Shown here piece by piece: positions 61,853 through 64,000 of a stretch of 64,000 nt of DNA. The stretch is taken from contig NW_003314264.1 in the NCBI RefSeq assembly GCF_000143415.4, positions 2,799,710 to 2,863,709 on the forward strand, given 5' to 3'. The number at the start of each line of letters is the position of its first letter. The first letter of the stretch is position 1. The notes beneath the pieces are model-generated. The model had not been told where the DNA came from. It made no database searches and saw nothing but the letters and a program-made list of their open reading frames with translations. A program made the position numbers and the translations under genes. This DNA is from Selaginella moellendorffii (Eukaryota > Plantae > Lycopodiophyta).

Positions 61853-63656
61853 TCACCTTTTCAGTGGCACGACTTCAATGCCAGAAGCCAGAGAAATCGT
61901 AGCCATGACGCGGTAGTGGAGATTCTGGTTGGGAACGAGACGAAACTCAAAGAAGCGACAGAGAAGCGCCGCGGTGATCTTTATCTGGAGATAAGCGCTG
62001 TCTTTGCCAAGGCAAACGCGAGGCCCTGCCTGTGAGAGGAGAGGTTTTAAGATTTAAGATGGCTATAGCGAAGATTTCAAGAACCTGGAATGCTGTGAAC
62101 TTGAAAGGTGACGAGGTGAAATCCCAGTCGGATCCATCGACGGCGCGCCATCTCTCCGGGCGGAAGTCCGCGGCATCGGGCCCCCACAGTGATTCCATCC
62201 GGCCCATGCAGTATGGCACGTAAGACACGATCTCGCCTCTTCGGACGCGCGTGCCATCCGGAAGAACGTCGTCGCTGGCGACGCCTTTAAAGTTCTGGAG
62301 GTCATAGTTAAAAAACGAGATTCTGAAGCAACTTTACGTACCAGTGGCACGGACGGATAGAGGCGCAGGGTCTCGTTTACTGCGGCGTGGAGGTAGGGGA
62401 GCTTGGCCAGAGCCTCGAGCGTGAGGAGCTTTGCAAAACTTTCCATGAAGCTTGGGTCATCGTCATGGTGTTCGTGTTGCCGGCTGGAGTGATCAAAGTC
62501 GAGAAGCTCCGAATGGAGCCTGCCCTGGCAATCGGGGTGAGAGGCAACCATGTAGATGAAATACGAGAGCGTCGCGGCGGTGGTGTCCCTCCCAGCGATG
62601 ACGAAGTTGAGGACAATGTCGCGGAGATAAGCGTCGGAGGAACTCTCGTCCAGTAGCATGAATCGCGAAAGAAGATCTTTCTTGCGAGCCTGGAACAAAG
62701 AAAGCATTGCATGAAACAGAAGGGCAAAGAGAAAGTTTCTTACGCGAAGATCCTCGTTCTCTTTGGAGAGCTGGATCCTCCTCTTGCGAATGATATTGTA
62801 CGTGAATTCGTCGACCGTGGCCAGGTTCTTCGGGAGATCCCGCTCCTCGCCGATTCGCAGCAGCCTCTTGAGCTTCCAGAAAGGATCCGCGAAGCGAAAG
62901 GAGACTATGGCGTTGCATCGGTCGAAAGCGGCCGCGAAATCGTTGTGCGGGAGCGTCGAGGAGAGGAGGCCGAGGTGCACGCCAAATCCCAGGTTACAAA
63001 TCGTGTCGAGCGTCATTCGCAGGAAGAGATCCTGTGATCCAAAGAAAGAAATATTTCGCGATTATCTAAGAACAGAGAGCGAGAGGAGATCTTTCTTGCC
63101 TGCATTTCCAGGGAGCTCTGCTTGGACGCTGCGGCACGCACAATCCGGGCGAGCTCCAGCGCGTGATCCCGGAACACGCTGCCGCTCCACTCCCGCAAAA
63201 CCCTGGACGCGAACTCGAAGCTGGCCGTCTTGCGCTGGCTCTTCCACGCCGCGCCATCGGCGTTGAAGATCCCGCCGCCCAGCAGCGGCTGGAATTTCTC
63301 CCGGAAGCGCTCGCCCTGCAATCATTCACGCACTCCCTCCATTTGGAGATCATATAAGATACCTTTGGGAAGTTCTGGAATCTTGTCTTGAGAATGTACT
63401 CTACATTGGCTGGATCCACCGTGAAGACGTAGGACTGGCCAGGAATCCACAGTGGCACGGTGCTCGTGCCCTGGCTCTGGAATTTCTGCAGGAGCAAGTC
63501 GAAGATCCGGTGGTAATTGGCTAGAACTTCCACCGTGTGGCCAATCAGTGGCAATCCTCCATCGCGTCCTCCACCTCGCGAGAAGCGGTGGATTGAGAGC
63601 AGCGCTAGCACCAGCAGCAGCAATCCCAGTAGGATTTCCAGCTCCAACATTTCCAT
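61853..63656 (-). CDS. Cytochrome P450, CYP704-like, copy 2 (inverted duplicate)
   Basis: Same motifs and exon structure as 58475-60258. Confidence 0.88.
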
Positions 63657-64000
63657 TTTTTTCGCCTTGTCCTTGGCTCACGTTCTTTTCCAGGATATCA
63701 GTATACTGGCGAAGCCTAATGAAGTTTTTGTCTGATTTCTTTGCACAATGCTGGACAATTGATGTCAAGATTTCATTTCCCACCATGGTTGTCCTGATTG
63801 CAACAATCTGGAATTGGACCGGACGATTATTCCATGCAAAGTAAAAAGAGGGGAAGGATTAAAAGAAAGTCATGCCCAGCAGTCCAGATCTCACCATTTC
63901 TAGCACCTCACCACTCTCAAGTTTTCGATGCCTATGCCCACGGTGTTGTCACGCCTAAATCACCCAGATCTGCCATACACAATACACGGCATCGTATAAG

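Larger units (their letters stand above)
58440..63700. repeat. Inverted duplication: arms ~58440-60485 and ~61600-63700 around the second ALG5-like gene
   Basis: The CYP copies are reverse complements including introns; 60390-60483 is an inverted degenerate copy of the ALG5-like last exon (61602-61702). Confidence 0.85.

Overview
Eukaryotic, intron-containing plant genomic DNA. The very short introns (~45-90 nt), tiny intergenic gaps, intronless PLS-class PPR genes rich in short SS-type motifs and AT-rich decayed retrotransposon blocks point to a lycophyte such as Selaginella; this is inference, not a database result. Genes: three copies of a secreted PQQ-type beta-propeller dehydrogenase (PVA-dehydrogenase-like; one intact, two sharing a frameshift), DENR, a clade-II serine carboxypeptidase-like gene, a peroxisomal Lon (LON2) pseudogene, a HIPP with an altered metal site, a CYP72-clan P450, five PPR genes plus a fragment, a lipase, a PTC7-type PP2C, two ALG5-like glycosyltransferases and an inverted pair of CYP704-like P450s. 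Mobile DNA: three copies of one Ty3/gypsy family in progressive states of C>T decay; a young nested non-coding LTR element (perfect CGCAG TSD, 1.8-kb LTRs with a minisatellite, hairpin-packed body with tandem tRNA T-loop motifs); and four Cassandra-like TRIM insertions whose LTRs carry 5S rRNA internal-promoter sequence. Most notable: the 5S-bearing TRIMs, the hairpin-dense non-autonomous LTR element, an 8-nt stop/start overlap between two PPR genes, and two independent inverted duplications that each bracket a housekeeping gene.
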